A program made the position numbers and the translations under genes. A stretch of 28,475 nucleotides of DNA from Pseudomonadota bacterium (GTDB lineage Bacteria; Pseudomonadota; Alphaproteobacteria; ATCC43930; CGMCC-115725): contig JAJYIC010000002.1 of NCBI GenBank assembly GCA_021790295.1, forward strand, positions 1-28,475, in the 5' to 3' direction. The notes beneath the pieces were generated by a model. It was given only the letters and a program-made list of their open reading frames with translations, searched no databases and was not told where the DNA came from. How positions within the stretch are numbered: the stretch's first letter is position 1; the number at the start of each line of letters is the position of its first letter. Positions 8,549 to 16,555 of the stretch are shown here, piece by piece.

Positions 8549-10177
8549 GTGAAGACCACGATCACAAGCATGATTTCTGGGGAAAGGGAACGCGCGATCC
8601 GGCAGGGACGGTTCTGGCCGGACCGTCTCATCACCGACTATCTCGACCGAAACCTCGAAGAGAGGCCGCAAGCTCTCGCCGTCGTCGACGAGAACAGCAT
8701 GACCGGAGAGAGGGATGCCCTCTCTTATGCCGAACTCGGCCGCCGGGTGGATTGTCTGGCGGCAGGTCTTGCCCGGCTCGGCTTGAAGCGCGGCGATGTC
8801 CTCTCCTTTCAGCTTCCGAACTGGTGGCAGTTCACCGCCCTTCACCTAGCGGCGATGAGGCTTGGCGCCATCACCAACCCGTTGATGCCGATTTTTCGCG
8901 AACGCGAGCTTCTTTTCATGCTCTCTCTCGCCGAAACGAAAATCTTTGTCGTGCCGCGCTCCTTCCGCGGTTTCGATTATAGGGCGATGGCCGTGGCGTT
9001 GCGCCCCAAACTTCCGGCCCTGCAGCGCGTTCTCGTCATCGGCGGCGAAGGCGAAGAGGCGTTCGAGTCTCTCCTCGAAGAGCCGGGCGATGTGTCCGGA
9101 TCGCCCGCAACCGCAGACGAAGTGATCCAGGTGCAATTCACTTCGGGCACCACAGGTGAACCGAAAGGGGTGATGCACAGCTCGAACACGCTTATTTCCG
9201 CCCTTACCCCTTATGCCGAGCGTCTCGGCCTTTCTCGATCCGACGTCTTCCTCATGGCATCGCCCATGGCGCATCAGACCGGCTTTATGTACGGTTTGAT
9301 GCTGCCGATCGTTCTCGGGGCAAAGGCCGTCCTTCAGGATATCTGGAGCCCGCAAAAGGCGGCCGATCTCGTCGCCGCGGAGCGCGTCAGCTTTACCATG
9401 GCGGCGACCCCGTTTCTCGCCGACCTCACCGCCGAGGCAGAGCGGCGTCCCGCCGATTTTAGGAGCCTTCGCATCTTTCTTTCCGCCGGCGCCCCGATCC
9501 CGCGCGTTCTCGTGCGCCGCGCCGCCGAGCATCTCGGCGCCGCCATCATCTCGGCCTGGGGCATGACCGAAAACGGCGCCGTCACCACGACAAAGCCCGA
9601 AGACCCTGCCGAAAAGGTGTTCGAGACCGACGGCTGCGCTTTGCCGGGGATGGAGATCCGCATCGTCGATGAAGAACGACGGGTGCTGCCCGCGGGGGTC
9701 GAGGGACGCCTCGAAGTGCGCAGTTGCAGCAATTTCGCCGGTTATCTGAAACGCCCGGAATGGTACACGATCGACGCGCAAGGCTGGTTCGACAGCGGCG
9801 ACCTCGCGCGCATGGATAAAGAGGGATATGTGCGCCTCACCGGCCGCACAAAGGACATCGTCATCCGCGGCGGGGAGAACATCCCGGTGGTCGAGGTCGA
9901 AGGTCTCATCTACCGGCACCCGGCGGTGGCCGAGGCGGCGATCGTCGCCATGCCGGATGCGCGTCTCGGAGAACGCGCCTGCGCCTTTGTCGTCACCCGC
10001 GAAGGCCGCCCGCTTTCCCTTGCCGAACTCTCGGAGTTTCTTTTGGCGCAAAAGATCGCCAAACCCTATCTGCCCGAAAGGCTCGAAATCCTTTCGGCAT
10101 TGCCGAAGACGCCCTCCGGCAAGATCCAGAAATTCCGTTTGCGCGAGATCGCTAAGGAATTCGGCGCGGCCGAGTGA
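8549..10177 (+). CDS. aliA: Cyclohexanecarboxylate-CoA ligase-like (AliA-type) acyl-CoA synthetase
   Basis: FQLPNWWQF, NPLMPIFRERE, FTSGTTGEPKGVMHSSNTL, MASPMAHQTGFMYG, AWGMTE, FDSGDL, PKTPSGKIQKF. GTG at 8549 has GGAGG upstream; alternative ATG at 8510. Substrate not provable from sequence. Confidence 0.8.
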   Translation: MKTTITSMISGERERAIRQGRFWPDRLITDYLDRNLEERPQALAVVDENSMTGERDALSYAELGRRVDCLAAGLARLGLKRGDVLSFQLPNWWQFTALHLAAMRLGAITNPLMPIFRERELLFMLSLAETKIFVVPRSFRGFDYRAMAVALRPKLPALQRVLVIGGEGEEAFESLLEEPGDVSGSPATADEVIQVQFTSGTTGEPKGVMHSSNTLISALTPYAERLGLSRSDVFLMASPMAHQTGFMYGLMLPIVLGAKAVLQDIWSPQKAADLVAAERVSFTMAATPFLADLTAEAERRPADFRSLRIFLSAGAPIPRVLVRRAAEHLGAAIISAWGMTENGAVTTTKPEDPAEKVFETDGCALPGMEIRIVDEERRVLPAGVEGRLEVRSCSNFAGYLKRPEWYTIDAQGWFDSGDLARMDKEGYVRLTGRTKDIVIRGGENIPVVEVEGLIYRHPAVAEAAIVAMPDARLGERACAFVVTREGRPLSLAELSEFLLAQKIAKPYLPERLEILSALPKTPSGKIQKFRLREIAKEFGAAE

Positions 10178-10316
10178 GGCCCACCGGGAAAAGAGGGCCC
10201 TTCGAATAGGAGGGGCTCGACCCTCTCGCAGATCAAATAGAGAGCGCAGGATGGGGCCATCCGTCCGCCTCGGGCTTTCCCCGCGCGTCTGCCGCGCTTC
10301 CCTCGGATCAGCCTTT

Positions 10317-11156
10317 CTATGCGCTTCCCTTCGACGATTTCCATCCCATCGCCGCGAGCATTTGCGCGGCCCGGCCGAGGTCTTCGTCGGGATCGGCCGA
10401 GATGATTTCGAGAACGACGGGTCCGCGATAGGAAATCTCCTCCAGAACCGGCGGGAGGGCGGCAAAAGGGACAGAGCCCGAGCCGATCGGCCCGTGGCGG
10501 TAACGATCCCGGTTCGTATCGGAGAGATGCAATAGGGAGAGCCGCTTGCCTATCAGACGCAAGGCCTCGGACAGATCCTCGCCGGCGAAATAGCCGTTCG
10601 CGGCGTCATAAACGAGGCCCAAACCGTCGAAGCCATAGCCTTCGAGAACGGCAAGCAAAGAGGCCGCACGCGGCAGGAACGCAAACGGCATGTTCTCGAC
10701 CCAAAGCGCGACGCCGAGCGCTCTTGCCCGCGGCAAAAGCTGATCGAGAGCGGCAAGAAAATGCGGCAGAAGGCGTTCCGGCGGTTCCGGGAATAGGCCG
10801 TTCGCCTTGCCGGGCCCGATGACAACCCCCGGCACTGCGAGATCGGCGGCAAGTTCGACCACCCCGCGCAGGATCGCAACCGTATGAGAGCGCATCTCGC
10901 GCGCCGCCGCGGCGAGATTGAGATCGATGTTCGGCATGTTGAGGGCGATGATGCCGAGGCCCCTTTCGGCAAGGGAGCGGCGCAAGGCCGCTCTTCCCGC
11001 GCCATCGACCTCGCCGGGCCACAGATGGCCCGGATACATCATCACCTCGAAATCGCAAAACCCGCGCCGGGAAAGGCGTTCGAGACATTGCGAGAGCGGA
11101 AGGCTTTGGATGTAGGAATAGGTATTGGCGACAAACGGGCTTTCCGGCCGAGCCAT
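10317..11156 (-). CDS. Sugar phosphate isomerase/epimerase family (xylose-isomerase-like TIM barrel)
   Basis: Start at MARPESPF. Metal-ligand motifs WVENMP, YDAAN, LHLSD, RHGPIGSG and VVLEI are present. Confidence 0.88.
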   Translation of the reverse strand: MARPESPFVANTYSYIQSLPLSQCLERLSRRGFCDFEVMMYPGHLWPGEVDGAGRAALRRSLAERGLGIIALNMPNIDLNLAAAAREMRSHTVAILRGVVELAADLAVPGVVIGPGKANGLFPEPPERLLPHFLAALDQLLPRARALGVALWVENMPFAFLPRAASLLAVLEGYGFDGLGLVYDAANGYFAGEDLSEALRLIGKRLSLLHLSDTNRDRYRHGPIGSGSVPFAALPPVLEEISYRGPVVLEIISADPDEDLGRAAQMLAAMGWKSSKGSA

Positions 11157-11275
11157 AGGCTTTTCCCCCCTTGCCGGCTCGCCGCCTGCGCCCCTTTCCC
11201 CCGCTCGCCTTTGCGCGTCATCCATTTGCGGCGGCGGCGGAAAGACGCTCTGGCCTAAAGCCGCCGCAACGGCCT

Positions 11276-11548
11276 TCAGGCTACCTTCCAGATCTCCCCG
11301 GTTTTGGCGAGATGCCGGATCGGCGTGATGCTTTCGACCTGCCAGCCTTTCTTTTGCAGCCAGGCTTCGAAATCCGCCTGTTTCTGGCCGTGGCATTCCG
11401 CCAGAAGGCGCCCGTCGGCAAGCGCGAAAACAGTGGTGATGGTGGTGCGCGGGTCGGCGCGCCACTCTTTGGTCGCCTTCATTTGCGCGGTGAATTTCGC
11501 GACGTCGTCCCATCCGGGCGCCGTCCCGATCGCAATCCAGCGTCCCAT
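11276..11548 (-). CDS. Hypothetical 90-aa protein
   Basis: Strong AAGGAGAG RBS, normal amino-acid composition, and position between co-oriented cluster genes. Confidence 0.8.
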   Translation of the reverse strand: MGRWIAIGTAPGWDDVAKFTAQMKATKEWRADPRTTITTVFALADGRLLAECHGQKQADFEAWLQKKGWQVESITPIRHLAKTGEIWKVA

Positions 11549-11606
11549 GATCTCTCCTTTACAAATGCGAGGCGGGCCCTCTCGGAAAGGGCCTCGTCGA
11601 GGTTAT

Positions 11607-12110
11607 TTATGCGCCTTTCGGCGGCACGAACGGATAGGGGATCGGGCGGCCGCCGCGGATCGGCAAAACGATGGTCGCCTTCCCCGGACAGCTTTCGACG
11701 TCGCCGTCGAGCCTCATGCCGACATCGAGATCGACAAAACCAAGCCCTTCCTTTTCGGATTTGCCGGTGGCTTTCGCCCACACGGTGAGGGTGTCGCCCG
11801 GAACGATCATCGCCCGGTGCTGGAACGACACCTTCCACGGCCAGCCGTCGGGAAGACACAAGTCTTTGAGATAGCGCGGCAGGATGCTCTGCTTCCAGGA
11901 TCCCTGCCCGAGGATGTTAGGCAGGCCGTCGTGGTAGACCGCAAAATTCTGGTCGTAATGGATCCGATGCCAGTTTTCTATGGCCGCGCTCCAGCGGAAG
12001 AGATGGGTCGGCGTCATAGGGCCGATGACGAGAGGCGGCAATTCTGCGCCGACGCTCACGTCGTCGTAATAGAGCTGAGCCTTGAAGCGAAGCTCGTCCG
12101 CGCTCACCAT
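11607..12110 (-). CDS. MaoC-like hydratase subunit with an Ich/Meh/HTD2-type motif
   Basis: LYYDDVSVG, LFRWSAAIENWHRIHYD, DGLPNILGQG, VPGDTL; AGGAGG RBS. Confidence 0.88.
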   Translation of the reverse strand: MVSADELRFKAQLYYDDVSVGAELPPLVIGPMTPTHLFRWSAAIENWHRIHYDQNFAVYHDGLPNILGQGSWKQSILPRYLKDLCLPDGWPWKVSFQHRAMIVPGDTLTVWAKATGKSEKEGLGFVDLDVGMRLDGDVESCPGKATIVLPIRGGRPIPYPFVPPKGA

Positions 12111-12122
12111 GACTTCTTCCTC

Positions 12123-12707
12123 CTAACGCCTGATGGTCGACGCCCGCAGGATGCAAAGGCGGTCGCCGTCCTGGTTGGTGTAGGTCGTCTCCGTCGTGAT
12201 GACGAGCATCGGGCTGCCGTCCTTGGTGATGTGCCCTTTGATGTCCGCGTAACGCGCTTGCGAATAGATGCGGTCGCCCAATCGCGGGTATTGGTAAAGC
12301 TCGATCTCGTTGCCGGCGTTGAGAATGCGCTTCAACGGCGTCGGCACCGGCGGCAAGGCCCCGGGCCCGCTGTCGCCGCCTTCGCGTACCCCGCCGATGC
12401 CGTCCGACTCCGGGTTTTCGCGAAACGCGCGCGAGATCGGGTCTTCGGCGCCGGCCGGCGTTTTGCGACTCAAATACGAGCAGTAGATCGGCGGCGTCAC
12501 GATCCCGCCGAAGCGCGTCTTCCTGGCAAATTCCTCATCCCAGTAACGCGGATCGGGATCCATGATGGCATTGGTAAAAAGGCGCAAACCCTCGCGCTCG
12601 ATGCCCCAACGGGGGCTTGCTTCGACCCTCTCGGCCGAGGTGCCGATCAACGCCTTTATCTTGTCGGTCAAAGGATTTTCGGCTGCGCCGGTCTTGGCCT
12701 CGCTCAT
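12123..12707 (-). CDS. MaoC_dehydrat_N/FAS1-like hotdog subunit (partner of the next gene)
   Basis: AIMDPDPRYWDEEFARKTRFGGIVTPP, LNAGNEIELYQYPRLGDRI, YTNQDGDRL; ends 12 nt before the partner gene. Confidence 0.88.
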   Translation of the reverse strand: MSEAKTGAAENPLTDKIKALIGTSAERVEASPRWGIEREGLRLFTNAIMDPDPRYWDEEFARKTRFGGIVTPPIYCSYLSRKTPAGAEDPISRAFRENPESDGIGGVREGGDSGPGALPPVPTPLKRILNAGNEIELYQYPRLGDRIYSQARYADIKGHITKDGSPMLVITTETTYTNQDGDRLCILRASTIRR

Positions 12708-12797
12708 CGGCAGCTCCCTAAGGGTCTCGGACGATGGCGGGCCGGCTTTGCGATCGCCGGCCCGCCCACGAAAGCGTCTTCTTCGGGCCTTGGCCCT

Positions 12798-13997
12798 TTA
12801 CTTCGCCGGAACCATGGGCTTGGGGAAGAATTCCTCTTCCCACGGCCAGGCTCCGTTAACCTCGTAAGCGGGCAAGCCACCTTTGACGCGGTCGAGATAC
12901 GGGCTCGTTATCGGCTTGTCCCACGGATAGATGCAGCCTTCATAGGCCTTCGGACCGAGCATGAAGTGTTTTGCCTGCTCGATCGTTTCGACAAAAGGCG
13001 CATTGGCGTCGAACAACTGCTCGCGCCTTGTCGGCCGCGGGCCGGCGCGCGAGACATGACCAAAGGCATAACGGCCGATCATCTTTTCGAGCATCCAGGC
13101 GCATTCGACGAGCTTATTGAGATCGACCCCGGTCTCGATCCCCATGCCTTCGAGCATGTGCATGAAATCCTCGGTCGGCGCCATGCTGGTGGCGCGGCCG
13201 TTGCCGCAATAAGGGCAGCCGCCGATGCCGCCGACGGTGCCTTGAAGGCGCAGCGTGTCCTCGCCGTCGAGCGCCTTGATGGCGGCGTAAGCGGTGGGGA
13301 GCGCCATCCCTCGGGCGTTGTGAAGATGGGCGTTGAAGTCATGGATCTCGGGCCAGCGCTCTTTGACGCGGCCGAAGATCTGCTCGATCTTGAGAGGATG
13401 GCACCAGGCCATCGGGTCGCCGACGCTGACTGCGGTCACCTTGATGCCGACCGCGTCCCACAGCTCGTGCTGCTTTTCGAGAAACTTCATCGTCATATCG
13501 ACGCTGAAGTCGCCGACGAAATTGGAGCCGAAGGTGGCATTGGTTCCGATCCCGGCCGCCTTGGCGCCCTTGGCCACGGCGTTCTCGATGATCTGCGGCC
13601 AACGCGCCATTTCCTGCATCTGCGAGCGGTTGGTGTTGCGGCGCACGAAGACGTCGCATTGGTGGACAAATAGCCGCGGCACCCCGCTTCCGCGCTCGAT
13701 CGTGAGCGGCGGCGCGTATTGCTTGGCGCGCTCGACGCCTTTCTCGTTGAGGGCGAGAGCGGTGTATTTGACGCCTGGCTTCGGGTGGAACTTCTGCACG
13801 ATCTCGTCGATCCGAGCCATTTGCGGCGTGTATTTCGGACTGACGAAAGAGCCGACGACGATTTCCTCGAGACCGGTTTCGGAAAGGGCGTCCAAAAGCT
13901 CGACCTTGGCGTCGACCGGGATGTTGGCATCCTCGATCTGCATGCCCTCGCGCATCACCTCTTCGGTATAGACGATCTTGGGATATCGACCAGCCAT
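12798..13997 (-). CDS. HMG-CoA lyase-like DRE-TIM metallolyase
   Basis: EEVMREGMQ, GSFVSPKYTPQM, AHLHNARG, GGIGGCPYCG, APTED, GIETGVDL. Confidence 0.88.
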   Translation of the reverse strand: MAGRYPKIVYTEEVMREGMQIEDANIPVDAKVELLDALSETGLEEIVVGSFVSPKYTPQMARIDEIVQKFHPKPGVKYTALALNEKGVERAKQYAPPLTIERGSGVPRLFVHQCDVFVRRNTNRSQMQEMARWPQIIENAVAKGAKAAGIGTNATFGSNFVGDFSVDMTMKFLEKQHELWDAVGIKVTAVSVGDPMAWCHPLKIEQIFGRVKERWPEIHDFNAHLHNARGMALPTAYAAIKALDGEDTLRLQGTVGGIGGCPYCGNGRATSMAPTEDFMHMLEGMGIETGVDLNKLVECAWMLEKMIGRYAFGHVSRAGPRPTRREQLFDANAPFVETIEQAKHFMLGPKAYEGCIYPWDKPITSPYLDRVKGGLPAYEVNGAWPWEEEFFPKPMVPAK

Positions 13998-14016
13998 GGC
14001 ACTTCTCCTTGTTCGA

Positions 14017-15360
14017 TCAGTGAACCGCCGTCAACTCGCGCGCCTTGAGGGAGCGAATGCCCTGCAGTCTAGCATACAGCGTCTCGGCGGGGATGGCGGA
14101 ACCTCCAAAGGCGAGGCAATCGATAAACTTGTCGTGAAGCTGGGCTTCGGAAAGCGGCCTTTCGGCGTGTCCCGTTGCCCGGCTCACCTTCGGACCTTCG
14201 ATGCGCCGCCCCGACGACAGCTCGATGCACACCTGCTCCCAGGGCGGAGAGCGCCGGTTTTCGGGATCGACCTCATCGGTGATGTCGAGTTCGACCCGGC
14301 GCATCATGCTTTGCACCTCGGGACGGCGGACAAAGGAGTCGGTCAGCTCCTGAAGAGTGACGCGCCGGGCAATGAGGCTCGAGGCCATCGCAAATTCCAT
14401 GCTGAACTTGGCGGAAAGCCCTGTGTCCGGCTGATGGTTGCGCAGGATTTTCGAGGTCAGGCGGCCGAAATGGACCGAAACCTTGCGCACGTCGTCGGGC
14501 TTTACCGGATGTTCGGCGAGGAGTTCGAGGATGCTGTCGATGGCGCGGTGGGTGCCGTAACAGGCCGGATACTTCTTGATGCTGAGCCCGTGTTTGAGGA
14601 TCGCCCACTCCTCGCCGAGACGGCCGTCGCCGTCGCGATCGGGGCCGCCCTCCGGCGAGACGGCGGTGAGGAAGCCTTGCGGGTGTTCGAGAGCGTCCTC
14701 ACTCGCGGTGAAACCGGCTTCGGCGAGCCGCGCCGCCATGATCCCGGCATGGGCCGCGCGCCCGGCGTGAAAGGGTTTTGTCATGGTCCCGAAATTGGCC
14801 ATGATGCCGGCGCTTTGCGAGGCGCCGAGGGCGATCGCGATGGCCGTGCGCGCCGGATCGAGACGGCGCATCTTGGCGCAGGCCGCGGCCGCGCCGATGG
14901 CGCCGAAGATCCCGGTCGGATGCCAGCCTTTGGCGTGGTAGGTCGGCATGTCGCGCCGGCAAAGCTCGGCCCAGGTCTCGTAACCGGCGACATAGGCGAC
15001 GATCATGTCGAGGCCGCCCGCGTTCAAAACCTCCGCTTCGGCGAGGATCGCGGGAACCAGAACCGTCGACGGATGGCCCTGCATGCCGACGTCGTCGTAA
15101 TCGAGGGCATGGGCCGCGGCGCCGTTGATCCAGCCGGCCTCGGGGCCGGGGCTCCTCTCGCCGCTGAAATAAAGCGAGGCCGGCCCCGCCGGAGGTGCGA
15201 GGACGCTTTTGAGGATCTGCGTTGACGCCTCATTGCGCCCGGCGATCATGGTGCCGATGCAGTCCGTAAAGCCGAGGCAGGCAATCCTCACCGCCTCTTC
15301 CGGCAACCGGTTCGGCGACAGATCGGCGACGAACTGGCCGAGCGCTTTGGTGAGTGTCAT
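14017..15360 (-). CDS. MmgE/PrpD family protein
   Basis: Start at MTLTKALGQF. Motifs: NGAAAHALDYDD, GHPS, GWHPT, KPFHAG, KKYPAC, KFSMEF. Confidence 0.92.
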   Translation of the reverse strand: MTLTKALGQFVADLSPNRLPEEAVRIACLGFTDCIGTMIAGRNEASTQILKSVLAPPAGPASLYFSGERSPGPEAGWINGAAAHALDYDDVGMQGHPSTVLVPAILAEAEVLNAGGLDMIVAYVAGYETWAELCRRDMPTYHAKGWHPTGIFGAIGAAAACAKMRRLDPARTAIAIALGASQSAGIMANFGTMTKPFHAGRAAHAGIMAARLAEAGFTASEDALEHPQGFLTAVSPEGGPDRDGDGRLGEEWAILKHGLSIKKYPACYGTHRAIDSILELLAEHPVKPDDVRKVSVHFGRLTSKILRNHQPDTGLSAKFSMEFAMASSLIARRVTLQELTDSFVRRPEVQSMMRRVELDITDEVDPENRRSPPWEQVCIELSSGRRIEGPKVSRATGHAERPLSEAQLHDKFIDCLAFGGSAIPAETLYARLQGIRSLKARELTAVH

Positions 15361-15638
15361 TGTCCGTTCCCTTTCCCTGCAATCGCGGCGGCGATTGTCC
15401 CGGAGCTTTTTGTGCCGGCACTCTAGGCCGCCCGCCGCGCGCCCACCACGTTGTTTTCGCATATGAGATGAGAGGATTTCGAGGCGCCGGCGCCGCCCAT
15501 TTGCGCGTTTAGGGAAGGATCGGCGGCCGCGCGAAAGGCGATTCGATCGGGATCGACGAAATCCGTCGCGGCCGGCGTCGAGCAGCCTATGATCGAAAAA
15601 TAAAAGAGCCCAAACGAAGGTTTGAGGAAAGGACCTCT

Positions 15639-16514
15639 ATGAGCGAACCGAGAGCCGAGACGAACAAGGCCGAGAGCGCGGCCCCGGCCGAAGCCGCGCG
15701 GGCTTTTCTCGCCGAACTCGAACAAAAGGCGCGGCTTATCCGGACCCCCTGCGGCGAGGGGACGATGGCTTGGCGGCTCTGGGGCCGAGGGCCGGCGCTC
15801 GTCCTTTTCCACGGCGGCGCCGGCTCCTGGCGCCACTGGGTGCGCAACATCGAGTTGGCCGCGCGCAGCCGCACCGTGATCGCGGCGGACCTGCCGGGGC
15901 TCGGCGATTCAACGCGCGCCCCTGACCCTGTCGGCGCGCCGGCGATCGCCGCGATCGTTGCCGAGGGCCTCGATAGCGTCCTCGGCAAAGGCGAGCGTTA
16001 CGATATCGCCGGTTTCTCGTTCGGCGCGGTGATCGCAGGGCTTCTCGCGGCGCAAGGGAAAGAGCGCGTCCGCTCCCTGACCCTGGTCGGCTCCGGCGGC
16101 CTCGGACCGCCGAGCCGTTCGGTTCCTCTTCTCAAGGTTCGCGACAAGACCGGCGCGGAGAGAAGGGAGGCGCACCGCGCCAATCTCGCGCGGATGATGA
16201 TCTTCGATCCGGCGAAGATCGACGCTCTCGCCTTGGAGATCCAGGAAGAGAATTCGAAAAGGGCGCGCCTCAATAGCGGCGGCATGTGGATTTCGCCGGT
16301 CTTGCTGGACGCCCTGCCGCTGGTGCGCGCCCCGGTTCACGCCGTCTGGGGCGAACACGAGATGGCAGACCGCACCCTTCTCGATCGCCGCATTGCCCTC
16401 ATGCGGCAGGCGCGCGCCGATGCCGACGTGACGGTCGTCAAGGGCGCGGGACACTGGGTCTTTTACGAGGCGGCCGAAGAGTTCAACGCGCTCCTCGCGC
16501 TTTTCCTCGAATAA
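15639..16514 (+). CDS. Alpha/beta-fold hydrolase
   Basis: FHGGAGSW, DLPGLGDS, nucleophile elbow GFSFG, GAGHW; AGGA RBS. Confidence 0.9.
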   Translation: MSEPRAETNKAESAAPAEAARAFLAELEQKARLIRTPCGEGTMAWRLWGRGPALVLFHGGAGSWRHWVRNIELAARSRTVIAADLPGLGDSTRAPDPVGAPAIAAIVAEGLDSVLGKGERYDIAGFSFGAVIAGLLAAQGKERVRSLTLVGSGGLGPPSRSVPLLKVRDKTGAERREAHRANLARMMIFDPAKIDALALEIQEENSKRARLNSGGMWISPVLLDALPLVRAPVHAVWGEHEMADRTLLDRRIALMRQARADADVTVVKGAGHWVFYEAAEEFNALLALFLE

Positions 16515-16555
16515 CGACGGCGGCGCGGGTCCTCAGACCCTCCTTCCTGCAAGGA

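Noticed and set aside
5806-10465. Minus-strand ORFs 5806-7200 and 8846-10465
   Set aside because: Shadows of the CoA-transferases and the ligase.
11157-11513. 119-codon N-terminal extension of the TIM-barrel ORF
   Set aside because: Arg/Pro-rich non-protein-like sequence overlapping the better-supported 90-aa gene in another frame; a start at 11156 is more plausible.
11575-11593. GGCCCT/AGGGCC hairpin, with loosely similar motifs near 10195 and 4035
   Set aside because: Too short and too divergent to call a REP-like repeat family or terminator.
11304-15225. 789-aa (11304-13673) and 415-aa (13978-15225) plus-strand ORFs
   Set aside because: They lie opposite well-supported minus-strand genes, span several of them, and have no family signal.
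15405-15425. GTGCCGGCAC palindrome resembling a sigma54 -24 box
   Set aside because: GG-to-GC spacing does not fit the GG-N10-GC rule on either strand.
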